Origin: Deferribacterales bacterium
Lineage (GTDB): Bacteria > Chrysiogenota > Deferribacteres > Deferribacterales > Geovibrionaceae
DNA length: 29,090 bases
Reading direction: 5' to 3'
Assembly: GCA_050253335.1 (NCBI GenBank)
Contig: JBFWJG010000033.1
Span: 1-29,090, forward strand
The translations under genes and the position numbers were made by a program. Every line of letters begins with the position of its first letter. The stretch's first letter is position 1. The notes below the pieces were generated by a model. The model was not told where the DNA came from. It ran no database searches and saw nothing but the letters and a program-made list of their open reading frames with translations. Shown piece after piece: positions 7,525-17,235 of the stretch.

Positions 7525-8967
7525 ATGAGCACTATAGATAAAAAACAGGCCGAGGAGTTTATAGAGTCGGTCATCTCCCAGTATGAGGAGAAAACGTATA
7601 AGGACAGGAAGACCCACATAGAGGTTGTTGAACCCGGACAGGAAAAGTGCGGCGTTAAGTCCAACAGGAAATCCCGCCCCGGCGTTATCACCATGAGAGG
7701 ATGTGCATATGCAGGCGCCAAAGGCGTGGTGTGGGGTCCCATAAAGGATATTATCAACGTAAGCCACGGTCCCGTGGGCTGCGGCCAGTACTCTTGGTCA
7801 TCCAGACGTAACTACTATAACGGAACAACAGGTGTGGACAGTTTCGGTACAATGCAGTTTACGTCTGACTTTCAGGAAAAAGACATAGTTTTCGGCGGCG
7901 ATGCGATGCTGAAAGCCCTTCTTCTGGAAGCTGACAAGCTTTTCCCGCTCAACAGAGGGCTCAGTGTTCTCTCTGAATGTCCCATCGGTCTTATCGGTGA
8001 TGATATTGAAGCGGTTTCAAAAGAGATCTCCAAGGAGATAGGCAAGCCTGTTATCCCCTGCCGCTGTGAAGGTTTCAGAGGCGTTTCCCAGTCTCTCGGT
8101 CACCACATAGCAAACGACACCATCCGTGACTGGATATATGAAAAAGATATGGTCGGCCAGAAATTCGAGAAAGGCCCGTATGATGTAGCCCTCATAGGGG
8201 ACTACAACATAGGCGGCGATATATGGTCATCAAGGAAAATTATTGAGGACATGGGACTTAACCTTGTTGCTCAGTCAACCGGTGACAGTACGTTCAGCGA
8301 GCTTGCCAACGTTGCTCAGGCGAAAGTGGTTCTCATCCACTGCTACCGCTCAATGAACTACATCTCACGCTACATTGAAGAAAAGTACAATGTGCCGTGG
8401 CTTGAGTTCAACTTTTTCGGCCCCACACAGATCATCAAATCCATGCGCAAAATTGCCGCTATGTTTGATGACAAAATCAAAGAGCAGACAGAAAAAGTCA
8501 TCGCTGAGAAATATCAGCCTTACTTTGAAAAAATTGTCGCCAAATACAGACCCAGACTTGAAGGGAAGAAGACAATGCTTTTCGTTGGTGGTCTGAGACC
8601 CAGACACACAATGCCCGCCTTTCAGGATCTCGGTGTTGAGATACTGCTCACAGGGTATGAGTTTGCCCACGGTGACGACTACCAGCGTACCCTTGAATAC
8701 CTCGACAGCACAACCATCATGGTTGACGACATGTCGGAATTCGAGATGGACAACTTCCTTGAGAAGTATAAACCCGACCTCTTCGGTTCAGGTATTAAAG
8801 AAAAATACCAGACACAGAAGTCCGGCATCCCTTTCAGGCAGATGCACTCATGGGACTACTCAGGCCCCTACCACGGTGTGGAAGGCTTCGGAGTATTTGC
8901 CAGAGATATGGACATGGCAATTAACGGAGCAGTTTGGAAAAACATCAAAGCTCCGTGGAAAAGCTGA
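7525..8967 (+). CDS. nifD: Nitrogenase MoFe protein alpha chain
   Basis: P-cluster Cys (RGCAYAG, HGPVGC, SECPIG); GVSQSLGHH; FeMoco ligands HCYRSMNY and FRQMHSWDY. Confidence 0.99.
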   Translation: MSTIDKKQAEEFIESVISQYEEKTYKDRKTHIEVVEPGQEKCGVKSNRKSRPGVITMRGCAYAGAKGVVWGPIKDIINVSHGPVGCGQYSWSSRRNYYNGTTGVDSFGTMQFTSDFQEKDIVFGGDAMLKALLLEADKLFPLNRGLSVLSECPIGLIGDDIEAVSKEISKEIGKPVIPCRCEGFRGVSQSLGHHIANDTIRDWIYEKDMVGQKFEKGPYDVALIGDYNIGGDIWSSRKIIEDMGLNLVAQSTGDSTFSELANVAQAKVVLIHCYRSMNYISRYIEEKYNVPWLEFNFFGPTQIIKSMRKIAAMFDDKIKEQTEKVIAEKYQPYFEKIVAKYRPRLEGKKTMLFVGGLRPRHTMPAFQDLGVEILLTGYEFAHGDDYQRTLEYLDSTTIMVDDMSEFEMDNFLEKYKPDLFGSGIKEKYQTQKSGIPFRQMHSWDYSGPYHGVEGFGVFARDMDMAINGAVWKNIKAPWKS

Positions 8968-8996
8968 TAATCAGAGCCGTACAGGAGAGGTAAATC

Positions 8997-10514
8997 ATGA
9001 GCAAAGATATTAAAATTAAAGATCATATAACCCTTTTCGAGGACGAGCGCTTCGGAGAGATGTTCAAGAGAAAACGCGCGCTCTATGAGAACGCGGCAAC
9101 TGAGGAAGAGGTTGCGAAAACCCTTGAGTGGACACTCGGTGAGGAATACAAGGAGCTTAACTTCAAAAGGGAGCACCTTGTTGTTAACCCTCTTAAATCC
9201 TGCCAGCCTCTGGGCGCGCTTTACGCTGCCATAGGTTTTGACGACACTATGCCTTACGTACACGGTTCACAGGGCTGTGCGGCTTACTTCCGCTCACATT
9301 TCTGCCGTCACTTTAAAGAGCCTTTCCCCGCTGTTTCCGACTCCATGACGGAAGACGCCGCGGTTTTCGGCGGACACAACAACATGTATGTGGGGCTTGA
9401 TAACGTTTACAAGCTCTACAAACCCGGTATGGTTGCCATATGCACATCATGTATGGCGGAAGTTATCGGAGATGACCTCAACAACTTCGTTAAAAATGCC
9501 AAAGATCAGGGCAATGTTCCGGAAGGCTCGATCATTACACATGCGCACACCCCATCATTCGTAGGTTCGCATATCACAGGCTATGACAACATGCTCTCAA
9601 GCATGCTTGCTCAGGTCGGCGAGAAAACAGGCGAAGTGAAAGACAGAATCAACGTTATCCTCGGGTTCGATACTTATATAGGCAACTTCCGTGAGATAAA
9701 AAGGATTCTCGGTCTGTTCGGAGTGGATTTCATCCTCCTGAGCGATCCTTCCTACAACCTCGATTCACCCACTGACGGACATTACAAAATGTTCAACGGC
9801 GGAACAAAGATTGCTGACCTGAAAGATGCGCCTAACTCAAAAGCTACACTTATCCTTCAGAAATACGCTACTGCAAAAACAATAGAGTTCATTCAGAAAG
9901 AATGGGGACACCCTGTAAAAGTGGTTAACCCCTTCGGTATCAAAGGTTCAGATGACCTTATGATGGCAATCGCCGAGCTTACAGGCAAAGAAATTCCTGC
10001 TGAAATCGAAAACGAAAGAGGCAGATTCATAGATGCCATAGGTGACTCATACTACTGGGTACACGGCAAAAGCTTCTCTCTGAACGCTGATCCTGACTAT
10101 GCCTTCGGTCTTACGCGCATGGTTATGGAACTCGGCGGGGAGATCAAGCATGTTCTGCTCACCAACGGCACAAAAGACTGGGAAGCGGACACTAAAGCGC
10201 TGCTTGCTTCATATCCTCAGGGGAGCGAAGCAGAAGTTTACTCAAACAAGGATATGTGGCACTTCCGCTCACTGCTTGCCACTGATCCCAGCGATTTCAT
10301 CATAGGCAACAGCTTCGCAAAATATCTTATGAGAGATACGGGCATTCCGCTTATCAGAATCGGTTTCCCCATGTTTGACAGGCAGTTCCTCCACAGATAC
10401 CCCACCATAGGCTACATGGGCGGACTGAACCTCCTCAACTGGATCGTCAACACAATCCTTGACGAAACAGACAGAAAAACGATGCACACCACGAGCTACG
10501 ACGTAATCAGGTAG
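8997..10514 (+). CDS. nifK: Nitrogenase MoFe protein beta chain
   Basis: NPLKSCQPLG, HGSQGC, TSCMAEVIGDD, HTPSFVGSH and C-terminal YDVIR. Confidence 0.99.
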   Translation: MSKDIKIKDHITLFEDERFGEMFKRKRALYENAATEEEVAKTLEWTLGEEYKELNFKREHLVVNPLKSCQPLGALYAAIGFDDTMPYVHGSQGCAAYFRSHFCRHFKEPFPAVSDSMTEDAAVFGGHNNMYVGLDNVYKLYKPGMVAICTSCMAEVIGDDLNNFVKNAKDQGNVPEGSIITHAHTPSFVGSHITGYDNMLSSMLAQVGEKTGEVKDRINVILGFDTYIGNFREIKRILGLFGVDFILLSDPSYNLDSPTDGHYKMFNGGTKIADLKDAPNSKATLILQKYATAKTIEFIQKEWGHPVKVVNPFGIKGSDDLMMAIAELTGKEIPAEIENERGRFIDAIGDSYYWVHGKSFSLNADPDYAFGLTRMVMELGGEIKHVLLTNGTKDWEADTKALLASYPQGSEAEVYSNKDMWHFRSLLATDPSDFIIGNSFAKYLMRDTGIPLIRIGFPMFDRQFLHRYPTIGYMGGLNLLNWIVNTILDETDRKTMHTTSYDVIR

Positions 10515-10665
10515 TGTTACAGTTCCATGGACGGAACTGCGCCGTGCCGGAGCGAAGGCTTGCTTTGCAAGGCGCGAGCGGTTTCAGCCGAACCGCAGGA
10601 CGCAGGTTCGGCGATGGAAAGTAGAAAAACGATGTACACCACAAGCTATGACGTAATCAGATAGT
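10473..10665 (+). repeat. 43-bp direct repeat of the nifK 3' end (10473-10515 and 10623-10665)
   Basis: 39/43 identical, offset exactly 150 bp, same reading frame. Confidence 0.95.
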
Positions 10666-10754
10666 AAGGTATATACCGCTGCGGGGCGGCGGCAAAAGTC
10701 CGCCCCCCGTTTTATCCGTTTCCGGGCGAACCTCAGGACGCAGGTTCGGCGATG
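10589..10754 (+). repeat. 28-bp repeated hairpin CGAACCKCAGGACGCAGGTTCGGCGATG (10589-10616 and 10727-10754)
   Basis: 27/28 identical; each copy folds as CGAACC/GGTTCG with CAGGACG in the loop. Confidence 0.9.
10683..10713 (+). terminator. Terminator-like or stabilising hairpin between nifK and nifT
   Basis: GGGGCGG/CCGCCCC stem followed by CCGTTTT; the U tract is short, so termination is likely partial. Confidence 0.45.
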
Positions 10755-10779
10755 ATTTAATTAGAGGCAGGGCTGCAAA

Positions 10780-10986
10780 ATGAAAGTAACAGTTAGAGAA
10801 ACGCCGAAAGGCATTAATATTTACGTTCCCAAGAAGGACATCGAAGCGCACGTGATCAAGATAGAGCAGGCAGGGGCATGGGGCGGAGTGTTTGAACTTG
10901 ACAACGGCTGGGTTCTGGAATTTCCCGCTTTGGAGGAAGTGCCCAAACTCCCGGCTACATTCGAGGCAAAAGTACTCTCTAAATAA
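10780..10986 (+). CDS. nifT: Nitrogen fixation protein NifT/FixU
   Basis: 68 aa with YVPKKDIE, WGG...L.NGW and LP.T.EA, typical of NifT. Confidence 0.9.
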   Translation: MKVTVRETPKGINIYVPKKDIEAHVIKIEQAGAWGGVFELDNGWVLEFPALEEVPKLPATFEAKVLSK

Positions 10987-10998
10987 AAGGAATGTGCC

Positions 10999-12357
10999 AT
11001 GGCTGCAAAATTTGACCATCTTACCGAAGTTGACAGCTGTTCTGAAAATAAAAAGAAAAGCACCGCAGAAAAGGCAAAAAAATGCGCCAAACCGACACCC
11101 GGCGCAACAATGGGCGGGTGCGCCTTTGACGGGGCACAGATCGTTCTCCTTCCCGTGGGGGATGCCGCACACCTCATTCACGGCCCCGCCACATGCGTAA
11201 GCCAGAACTGGAACAACAGGGGCAGCAGGAATCTTCACGGTCAGTGCTATAAAATGGGCTTCTCCACCGATGTTACCGAGATGGACGTTGTTTTCGGCGG
11301 GGAGAAGAAGATTACCGATAAATGCGTGGAGATAGCGGGCAGATACCCGGTAAAAGCTATCTTTGTCTACACCACCTGCGTCACCGCTATGATAGGCGAC
11401 GATGTTCCCACTGCCTGTAAAAAGGCGGCGGAACTCACCGGAATCCCAGTGATACCCGTGGAATCTCCCGGCTTTATCGGCAATAAAAACTTCGGCAATA
11501 AGATAGCGGGCGATGCTCTTCTTGAGTACGTAATAGGCACTAAAGAGCCTGAAAAAACCACAGAATACGACATAAACATCATAGGTGACTACAACATAGC
11601 CGGCGAACTCTGGCAGATGATGCCTGTTTTCAGAGAGCTGGGGATAAACGTTCTCTCAAGCCTGACAGGCGGAACCTCATATGACGAAATAGCATACGCC
11701 CACAGGGCGAAATGCACGCTTGTCATATGCAGCAAGGCTCTGCTCACTCTGGCGGAAGGGCTTAAACGCAGATACGGAATACCGTTCGCGGAGGGTTCAT
11801 TCTACGGACTGGGCGAGATAGAGAAGACTCTGCTCTCCGTTGCGGACATGCTGGGCTCTGATGAACTCAGGGCAAAAATTCACAGCTATGTTGAAAGGAA
11901 AAACGCTGAGACTCTGGCGGAGATAGCACCCTATAACGCTGTTCTCAAAGGTAAAAGAGTTTTCGTTTATACTGGCGGGGTGAAAAGCTGGTCAACGATT
12001 TATCAGCTTGAGGAACTCGGCATGGACGTGATCGGAACCAGTACAAGGAAATCGACAGAGCAGGACATAGAAAAAATCAGGGAACATTTTGAAGGAACAC
12101 AGAAAATGCTCCTTGAAAAAGGGGATGGCCGCATCCTGCTGAACATTCTTCAGAAGGAGAGAGCGGATCTTCTCCTTGCCGGAGGGAGAAACATGTATAC
12201 CTCCATCAAAGGCAGATACCCTTTTGTGGACGTGAATCAGGAAAGGATACACGGCTACGCGGGCTACACTGGCATGATTGAGCTGGCAAAACAGCTTGCA
12301 TACACTCTTGCCTCCCCTGTCTGGGAAGTGGCAAAGCGCAAGGCTCCGTGGGAGTAA
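10999..12357 (+). CDS. nifE: FeMo-cofactor scaffold NifE
   Basis: PGATMGGCAFDGAQ, HLIHGPATC, TCVTAMIGDD, YTGGVKSWS, DVNQER and APWE end. Confidence 0.96.
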   Translation: MAAKFDHLTEVDSCSENKKKSTAEKAKKCAKPTPGATMGGCAFDGAQIVLLPVGDAAHLIHGPATCVSQNWNNRGSRNLHGQCYKMGFSTDVTEMDVVFGGEKKITDKCVEIAGRYPVKAIFVYTTCVTAMIGDDVPTACKKAAELTGIPVIPVESPGFIGNKNFGNKIAGDALLEYVIGTKEPEKTTEYDINIIGDYNIAGELWQMMPVFRELGINVLSSLTGGTSYDEIAYAHRAKCTLVICSKALLTLAEGLKRRYGIPFAEGSFYGLGEIEKTLLSVADMLGSDELRAKIHSYVERKNAETLAEIAPYNAVLKGKRVFVYTGGVKSWSTIYQLEELGMDVIGTSTRKSTEQDIEKIREHFEGTQKMLLEKGDGRILLNILQKERADLLLAGGRNMYTSIKGRYPFVDVNQERIHGYAGYTGMIELAKQLAYTLASPVWEVAKRKAPWE

Positions 12358-12361
12358 GTCT

Positions 12362-13693
12362 ATGGAAACAACAGCAAAAACCGGACAGACCAATCCTCTG
12401 AAAAAAAGTCAGGTGCTGGGCGGAAGCTTAGCCGCCCTCGGAATAAAAGGGGCTATGCCTCTTCACCACGGCTCGCAAGGGTGCACGGCATTTACCAAAA
12501 CGTTTCTCACTCAGCATTTCAGGGAGATAGTACCGATGCAGACCACAGCCCTCACCGACATAGCAACGATTATGGGCGAGGACTGGAACCTGCTTGAAGG
12601 CATGAAAAACGTAATAGAGAAGCATACGCCCGAACTCCTTGTTCTTCTCTCCACAGGAATCTCCGATACCAGAGGGGACGATTTTGAGCGGAGCATAAAG
12701 GATTTCAGGAAGAAATATCCGGAATATGCGGGAACGAAAATTGTTTACTCCACGACACCCGATTTCGTGGACGATGCTCACCTCGGCTACACAAATACGC
12801 TGAAAGCAATATTCAGACAGCTTGCTCCGGCGAAGATGGAAACCGAAAAGGGGCGGGTGAACATTCTCCCCGCATTCGCCATGACCGCGGGAGACATAGA
12901 CGAGATAAGGGATGTTGCGGAATCATTCGGACTGCGCCCCGTGTTTCTGCCGGATATTTCAGAAAGCATGTCCGGCTGTGCGGATTTCTTCTACAGCACA
13001 GCCCCCGGCGGGTGCACTGTTGAGGATATTTTAACCGCAGGATCGGCGGAACTCAACATAGCGGTCGGCAGGACAACGGGTGAGATAGCGGAACAATTGA
13101 AAGAGCTTACTGATGTTCCTTTTGTAACCTTCGATTCTCTCATAGGGATCACCGAAACGGACAGATTCATAGAGCTGCTTATGAAGCTTTCCGGCAAGAC
13201 GGACGTTCCCGCAAAAATCAAAAAACAGCGCAGAACGGCAATAGATGTAATGCTTGACGGACACTTCAATTTCGGCGGAAAGAAAGCCGCTGTCGCCATT
13301 GAGCCGGATCTCCTGCTCGGCGTATCAAAGTTTCTTCGTGATGAGTTGGGGATCACTGTACAGATAGGCATCACCACCTTTTCTTCCCCTTTTCTTCAGG
13401 ATGTTCCTGCGGAAGAGGTGATCAAAGGTGATCTGGAAGATATAGCCCTGAAGGGGGGAGGAGTATCCCTTGTCATTTCAAACACAAACGCTCATTTAAC
13501 CTCGGAGATAGTGCACGCTCCATTATTGAGGATGGGTATCCCTGTGAAGGACAGGATAGGGCAGTTTATAAAGGTTTACACCTGTTACAGGGGCGCGGCG
13601 TATTTCGCCTCTGAGATAGGGAGCATTCTCCTTGAACGTGACGAGCACGAGTCATGGGAGGAGCAGACAGAGAACTACAGGAGGAGTTTATGA
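12362..13693 (+). CDS. nifN: FeMo-cofactor scaffold NifN
   Basis: NPLKKSQVLG, HGSQGCTAF, HFREIVPMQTTA and MLDGHF; ATG 4 nt after the nifE stop. Confidence 0.95.
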   Translation: METTAKTGQTNPLKKSQVLGGSLAALGIKGAMPLHHGSQGCTAFTKTFLTQHFREIVPMQTTALTDIATIMGEDWNLLEGMKNVIEKHTPELLVLLSTGISDTRGDDFERSIKDFRKKYPEYAGTKIVYSTTPDFVDDAHLGYTNTLKAIFRQLAPAKMETEKGRVNILPAFAMTAGDIDEIRDVAESFGLRPVFLPDISESMSGCADFFYSTAPGGCTVEDILTAGSAELNIAVGRTTGEIAEQLKELTDVPFVTFDSLIGITETDRFIELLMKLSGKTDVPAKIKKQRRTAIDVMLDGHFNFGGKKAAVAIEPDLLLGVSKFLRDELGITVQIGITTFSSPFLQDVPAEEVIKGDLEDIALKGGGVSLVISNTNAHLTSEIVHAPLLRMGIPVKDRIGQFIKVYTCYRGAAYFASEIGSILLERDEHESWEEQTENYRRSL

Positions 13694-14058
13694 AAGTAGC
13701 GTTCTGTACAAACAGCATGAAAGAGGTGGATGAACACTTCGGCAGGGCAGCTTCCGTCGCGGTTTATGATGTCAGCGCCGAAGGTTCGGAGTTTGCCGAA
13801 CTGCGCACATTCAGACCCATTGACGCTGATGCGGATCATAAGATTGATATTAATACAAAAGCCGGAGCGCTTAACGACTGTTCGATCCTTTATCTCACGG
13901 AGATAGGCGGGCCTGCCGCCGCTGTTGTTGTGCGCAATAAGATTCACCCCATCAAGGTGGACGACAAAACGCCCATTGACGAGCTTCTGGACAGTCTTGT
14001 GAAAAAGCTGAACGATTCTCCTCCGCCGTGGCTGAGAAAGGCGATACAGGTCAAATAG
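13690..14058 (+). CDS. nifX: FeMo-cofactor carrier NifX
   Basis: MKVAF...VDEHFGRA, IGGPAAA, IHPIKV and PPPWLRKA; GGAGGAG RBS; ATGA overlap with nifN. Confidence 0.93.
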   Translation: MKVAFCTNSMKEVDEHFGRAASVAVYDVSAEGSEFAELRTFRPIDADADHKIDINTKAGALNDCSILYLTEIGGPAAAVVVRNKIHPIKVDDKTPIDELLDSLVKKLNDSPPPWLRKAIQVK

Positions 14059-14059
14059 C

Positions 14060-14518
14060 ATGGCGGGCATGTCTCTTTCCCAGAGAACAGGCTGGGAGGT
14101 CTCCGGCTTTACAGACACCCTTGTCAGAAAGATGAGGGCTTTCGACACATACGGCTCATGGAAAAAACTTGATGACACTCAGGTTCTGAGCCGCTATGTG
14201 AAGAGCCGTGAGGACAGAAAAAAGATAGACACATCAGGCGCGGTGGACATTCAGACCGTGTGGCGGATACGGATGTTTTACGAGGCTGTGGCGATGCTCA
14301 CCGAGCAGAACACGGGAAAGCTCTGCTACGCCGCCCTTGATCTGGGCTATGAGGGTTTCGGCAGGGCGTTTGTGATATATGAGGACTATATACTCTGCTG
14401 CGATACCCTGAGAAATGCCCACAAGTTCGGGTTTGCCTCCATTGATGAACTGGCGGCGGCGGGAGAGACAAAAACGCTCAGAGCCTGTGAAAAGGCCGCG
14501 GAACTGGGCATTATCTAA
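14060..14518 (+). CDS. NifX-associated nitrogen fixation protein (DUF269)
   Basis: RAFDTYGSW, EGFGRA and LRNAHKFGFAS motifs; canonical position after nifX. Confidence 0.88.
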   Translation: MAGMSLSQRTGWEVSGFTDTLVRKMRAFDTYGSWKKLDDTQVLSRYVKSREDRKKIDTSGAVDIQTVWRIRMFYEAVAMLTEQNTGKLCYAALDLGYEGFGRAFVIYEDYILCCDTLRNAHKFGFASIDELAAAGETKTLRACEKAAELGII

Positions 14519-17235
14519 AGAAACTCTCTCGGAAAGCGCATGGAGAACACTGCGCCTTTTTCACTGTTGGATGCCGCTATGGTTCCTTTCATGCGGTTTT
14601 CTATGATCATGCGGGACATATAAAGGCCGATTCCGGTTCCTTCGTCCCCTTTGGTGGTGAAGTAGGATTCAAATATCTTTTTCAGCGCCTCTTCGGGTAT
14701 TCCCCCGCCGTCATCCCTTGTTTCGACAATAACTTCCGTGTCGGTCTCGATTACAGCCACTTCTATATTGCCGATGGATTTTCTCTCAAGGGGCGGCATG
14801 GAGAGCCTTTTGGCGTCTATCGCATCGCGCGAGTTGCTGAGAAGGTTTACCATAACCTGCTTGAATTCGCTGGCGTAGCCGAAAAGAACTATGCAGTCGG
14901 GGTCTGCGCCCTCGGTGGTGATTTTTACATTTATCTTATGCTTCTCAAGGGATGATTTCATCAGTGCGACAACATCGTCCAGAGCTTTTCTCACAGAGAA
15001 TTCCCCAAGGGATTTGGAGGGGGTGAAGAAGGTGCGGAAGTCCTCCACTGTGTGCGCCATGAAGTCAAGCTGGTTCATTATCTCGATTACATATTCGCTG
15101 AGTTTTTCCTTTGTAAGCTCATTAAAGTCATAGTCGTCCTCAATAAGCTGAACATAGAGGCTGGCGGAGTTGAGTGGCTGTTTCCACTGGTGGGCTATGG
15201 CGCCGATCATTTCACCAAGGGCAGCCAGCTTGGACTGCTGAATGAGCATCTGTTCCTGCTCACGGTGTATCCGCTCGATCCTGTTCATTTCCGTAATGTC
15301 AGCTATGGAGTAAATGAAGTGTGGTTTCTCCTCCTCCATTTTCACCGCACCCGCAGTCACAAGCAGATCAAGGGTTTTGCCGTTTTCAAGCTCATGCTTC
15401 CACTCGGTTGTGTGCGGGGCTTTTTCTCTGTCCGCTTCGGGAAACAGATCAAAGAAGTTCTGCTTTTTCAGAGTGTTTTCAGGTATGGAGAGTATCTGGC
15501 TGAATTTTCTGTTGAATCTGACAAACTGTCCCGCCTTGTCCACAAGGCATATGCCGAAGCTGGCAAACTCGAATATGAAGGAGAGAAGCTGTTCGTTCTG
15601 GCGGAGTGCCGTTTCCGTGCGCTTGATTTCGGTTATGTCATGGGCAGTGCCCAGAACATTTATATGACCCGATGCGTCCGTTCTGATACGGCTCTGCACC
15701 CTGAGAATCCGTCTTTCCCCGTCGATGCGGTTTATGTGAATATAATCGTCAAAGCTTCCCTTTGCTATTGTTTCGTCCGAAAGCATACTCTGGAGCAGAG
15801 GCATGTCCTCCGTTGCTACCATCTCAAGAAAGTTCCTGTCAGAGAGGGTGACTTCGTTTTTATCCAGACCGAATATCCTGTAAAGTTCATCAGAACAGCT
15901 CAGCTTTCTGTCTGCTCCCGACCACTCCCAGCTTCCTATTCTAGCTATCTGCTGCGCCTGCTCAAGCTGCTGTCGGCTGCTTTCAAGCATTCTGTTGGTT
16001 TTGCGCAGTTCTTCTGTGCGTTCGTTGACTATTATTTCCAGTATGCGGTTAGCGTCCCTGAGGATTTTGTGGTAGTTCTCAAGGTCTGTTATGTCGGTGA
16101 GTGATACAATATACTCTCCCGCTGTCATGGGGAGAATACGGAAAGTTACCTGAAATGTGCGCACGGCCCCGAAGGGATCGCGCATTTTCACCTTACTGTC
16201 CAGCCCCATTCGGAAGTTCTGGAAGACCTCCTCGAGCCAGCCCTGTTCATCCTCGCCGGTCACAAGACCGTGTTCTTTGAAGAAATAGGCGGAGAGATCC
16301 TTTTTCCGCCCCCTGAACTCATCAAGGGTTTTTGCCTGAAAGAAATCCAGGAAGCTTTTATTGCAGTTAAGGAGAAGCTCGCCGTCAGTGACTATTATGA
16401 TGTTGGACTGAAAGTCCAGAATCTTCTGAACATATTCGCTCTTCTTCTCAAGTTCGTTGAGGAAGTTTCTCCTTTCCGTTATGTCGTCCATCACGCAGAC
16501 GATATATTCCGGCCTGCCCTCCTGATCAAAAATCACCGAAACCGCGATTCTGCTCCAGAAGGTTTTTCCGGAAGGTGACTGGATAAGCACTTCCTCTGTA
16601 ATGGAGTCCTTACTGCCTGTGTAAAGCATTCCGAAGCACTCACGGCACATAGTCAGGAACTCGGGAGCGAGGAGGTTTTCAAAACTCAGTCCTTTGAGCA
16701 TATCCTCGCCGAGCCCGGTCATTCTGCGGAATGACTCGTTCGTGGTCAGTATGGATTTGTCCGTGTTGAGAATGACAATACCGCTTGCGCTTCTGCCGAA
16801 AACGGCGCGCTGGAATGATTCGCTCTCCTCAAGTTTTTTTTGGGTCTCAAAAAGCCTTGTCTGGTCATAGATCATCACAAGGGCATATTTCAGATCCTTG
16901 TCAAAAGGGGAGATAACCACGTTCTGTTTCATGTATTCGAAAAAGGAGTTTGTGAATTTCGCTGATTTTATTTTGAAGAGCCAGCCGTCTGTGCCCGCGT
17001 CATAATAGGTGTGAGAATTGAGTGCCTTCATGGAGCGGATTTTTCTTTTGAGCTGCTTGACATTTATTTCGGGAAAAAGATCGGTGATTTTCTGACCTGT
17101 AACCTGCTCTCTGAAAAGGGAAGTATGAGCCTCAAGCCACTTGTTCCAGAAATGAACCGTTAGTTCATCGTCCAGAATGCAGGCGCCGTTGTATATGGAG
17201 TCAAGAAAATAAGCGGGATCTGTCTCAAATTTCAT
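14515..17235 (-). CDS. Cytoplasmic multi-PAS sensor histidine kinase
   Basis: About five PAS-like segments; QQSKLAALGEMIGAIAHQWKQPLN H box; N, G1, F and G2 boxes; no TM helix. Start placed at ATG 17235. Confidence 0.92.
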   Translation of the reverse strand: MKFETDPAYFLDSIYNGACILDDELTVHFWNKWLEAHTSLFREQVTGQKITDLFPEINVKQLKRKIRSMKALNSHTYYDAGTDGWLFKIKSAKFTNSFFEYMKQNVVISPFDKDLKYALVMIYDQTRLFETQKKLEESESFQRAVFGRSASGIVILNTDKSILTTNESFRRMTGLGEDMLKGLSFENLLAPEFLTMCRECFGMLYTGSKDSITEEVLIQSPSGKTFWSRIAVSVIFDQEGRPEYIVCVMDDITERRNFLNELEKKSEYVQKILDFQSNIIIVTDGELLLNCNKSFLDFFQAKTLDEFRGRKKDLSAYFFKEHGLVTGEDEQGWLEEVFQNFRMGLDSKVKMRDPFGAVRTFQVTFRILPMTAGEYIVSLTDITDLENYHKILRDANRILEIIVNERTEELRKTNRMLESSRQQLEQAQQIARIGSWEWSGADRKLSCSDELYRIFGLDKNEVTLSDRNFLEMVATEDMPLLQSMLSDETIAKGSFDDYIHINRIDGERRILRVQSRIRTDASGHINVLGTAHDITEIKRTETALRQNEQLLSFIFEFASFGICLVDKAGQFVRFNRKFSQILSIPENTLKKQNFFDLFPEADREKAPHTTEWKHELENGKTLDLLVTAGAVKMEEEKPHFIYSIADITEMNRIERIHREQEQMLIQQSKLAALGEMIGAIAHQWKQPLNSASLYVQLIEDDYDFNELTKEKLSEYVIEIMNQLDFMAHTVEDFRTFFTPSKSLGEFSVRKALDDVVALMKSSLEKHKINVKITTEGADPDCIVLFGYASEFKQVMVNLLSNSRDAIDAKRLSMPPLERKSIGNIEVAVIETDTEVIVETRDDGGGIPEEALKKIFESYFTTKGDEGTGIGLYMSRMIIENRMKGTIAASNSEKGAVFSMRFPREFL

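Noticed and set aside
10512..10514. Pyrrolysine-type recoding of the nifK TAG
   Set aside because: NifK already ends at its conserved C-terminus and no pyl genes are visible. An open run of about 36 GC-rich codons can arise by chance, so readthrough is kept only as a minor option.
7525..10514. Alternative (V or Fe-only) nitrogenase
   Set aside because: No vnfG/anfG between D and K, and the HCYRS and MHSWDY ligand contexts are Mo-type.
10473..10754. CRISPR array or IS element
   Set aside because: Only two copies of each repeat, one repeat is nifK coding sequence, and there are no cas genes, transposase or terminal inverted repeats.
10741..10779. Separate sigma-54 promoter for nifT-nifENX
   Set aside because: No TGGC-N-TTGC box with GG-N10-GC spacing was found; these genes are likely read from the nifH promoter.
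15052..16104. Long antisense ORFs (also 18626-19672, 24821-25585, 27530-28336, 4865-5476, 10657-11238)
   Set aside because: Shadows of well-supported genes on the opposite strand, with no recognisable motifs.
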